DNA of 64,000 nucleotides, taken from positions 28,690-92,689 of IMG/VR virus record IMGVR_UViG_3300046492_000237; one strand, 5' to 3'. Positions 63,601 to 64,000 of the stretch are shown one piece after another. Position 1 is the first letter of the stretch. Each line of letters begins with the position of its first letter. The notes beneath the pieces are model-generated. The model searched no databases. It had not been told where the DNA came from and saw nothing but the letters and a program-made list of their open reading frames with translations. This DNA is from a virus. A program made the position numbers and the translations under genes.

Positions 63601-63999
63601 GCGTCAGTGGCGAAAGTCCTGAAGGTCAGCGACTCGCAGATCTACTCGATGGTCAACGCTTATGGCCCGGGTACTCCCGAGGACAAGAAAAAGCTCGCGG
63701 AAACCCTGATCGCGCGCAAGGCCGATCTGTTGGCGAAGTACCCGAAAGCCAAAAAGACGAAGGTCATCACGTTCAAGCCCGAGAAGATCAGTGAGCCGCC
63801 GAGCTTCATGAGCTGGGGTAGCAGCGGCGCGCCCGGCCCGTCGAGCAAGCTGTTCCTCAACGAAGCCAACGAAGCGGCCGTGCAAGCGATCTACGCGGCA
63901 GCCAAGACCGGCAGCGCGGAAGCGGTCAAGGCCCTGAGCGCCGACACGTTCAACAAAAACACCGGCGAGGTCATTGGCAGCGCGCCGGTGCTCGATCAC
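60652..63999 (+). CDS. Giant multidomain protein (partial, >=1116 aa) with a HipA/PI3-PI4K-like kinase domain
   Basis: Frame +1 read by hand: MTELIAAP..LLIKA..; kinase motifs QGGSNPGG, WYCKF, SEVLASKLY, DAWLGNWD, DNL, RVDAGG at about 63085-63490; runs off the window. Confidence 0.8.
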   Translation, partial: MTELIAAPAGQRRVALLIKAKIAHQAGYYLLNGRWHSIHQHKPAPKGVPVAAHPKAAHAEHVKPFPLPDEQIEALKLPPENVNSGTYNKQLDSLLGYAANGDATAILGMNLGTNTYGKKLAKVANYLLQGMGVTEEYQVAPGQKAGEHHAVKQTPAPVETPAPAANEPVIAAAAVIEAAKADDPVVEAVVETPAAPFMAYPSSGPLAMPEFVEGKTTTGVVDYYQTQAMKVIDMAESGDLDGLVQMKQSGMVPNSKGKISNTWAGKTENSKKLIALHDNAVELTVENALDALPPAAAVAEPEPVVVEAQVVAAPVVSTDLTSQIPWEKLSSPETKGDGSPNKEGINANKKLAAIKAAAEAGDIATLEGMKFGINTYGKKLNQAKAIALASLEEIPAAPEPVSVVTEPVTPPPNTLAMQLADAKGPLGKMAVAEQHVVKNGKSPETYKQIAEAHEDLGNADSAEHWNAKAADLATMNVLSGAMAADGTVNGSTKIAVAHILNSADSLKAQAQAIDALNELGHTGASKAIQMAMDATLLDTFKTNVSASDEEHEAMAVAKDYLATGGPSAAKVDHIISTLEENGFTTGAQEYKEAYGLDEGPNDGDTKQGADGQLVFQNGRWHKVKTDEAEAAPVPLSAIEHQAVMGYLNSAEADELEHAAGKAIFQTLSEEEKQALNVEALNSKPKAELHPLDAIPLPDLSQQLTQAGVDKVMAGLEKLKENAKTEGASAFKGTLKKMSASGKLITKLPGKYGKLSLKVVGLANSPEHYGSLVHQYVEDLKTVAGGKNVKPKPAPAPAPTPQPYGQPPIESMDNWKQVGPQGGSNPGGKFVDEAGVEWYCKFPKSEDIAKSEVLASKLYGAAGIEGQDAKLITKDGKIGIASKWADVTKAPAATLAKADGAAAGFAVDAWLGNWDVVGLEYDNLQLDPSGKAVRVDAGGSLEYRAQGGKKTFGDTVLEIDSLRDSKINPQAAKVFGKLSQADITASVAKVLKVSDSQIYSMVNAYGPGTPEDKKKLAETLIARKADLLAKYPKAKKTKVITFKPEKISEPPSFMSWGSSGAPGPSSKLFLNEANEAAVQAIYAAAKTGSAEAVKALSADTFNKNTGEVIGSAPVLDH

Positions 64000-64000
64000 C

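Larger units (their letters stand above)
1..64000. mobile_element. Temperate myovirus-type phage genome segment
   Basis: Baseplate J, spike, tape-measure, lysis, integrase and replication modules run uninterrupted; no host housekeeping genes seen. Confidence 0.95.

Overview
The window is a continuous segment of a temperate, contractile-tailed (myovirus-type) phage of about 60% GC. A Pseudomonas-like host is inferred from gene content, not shown directly. No host genes, tRNAs or CRISPR arrays are recognisable. Layout: tail, baseplate and fibre genes (1-13.6 kb); lysis (13.6-16 kb); a leftward integrase/HU/SSAP/SMC-like/RecE operon (16-22.7 kb); a rightward helicase/SSB/VRR-NUC/primase-helicase operon (22.8-29.4 kb); a leftward island of small accessory genes (29.4-44 kb); an origin-like GGTWACC iteron cluster with an AT-rich core (44.2-44.8 kb); a rightward accessory region with two DNA methyltransferases and a small-terminase-like gene (44.9-60.4 kb); and the start of a giant ORF (>=1116 aa, absent from the ORF track) with a HipA/PI3K-like kinase domain. 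The most notable signals are four families of dispersed intergenic elements: (1) five copies of a bipartite CCCTGA-N7-TCAGGG...GGGCGC-N5-GGGCGC element with helically phased spacing; (2) four copies of a covarying hairpin followed by CCGGTACCA; (3) about ten 18-bp palindromic operators, six of them overlapping sigma70-like -35 boxes; (4) a GTCGTGAY-NN-[-10] late-promoter motif that predicts leaderless mRNAs. In addition, a LAGLIDADG endonuclease domain is inserted in frame in one methyltransferase with no intein or intron scaffold. Protein assignments come from motifs recognised by eye, not from database searches.
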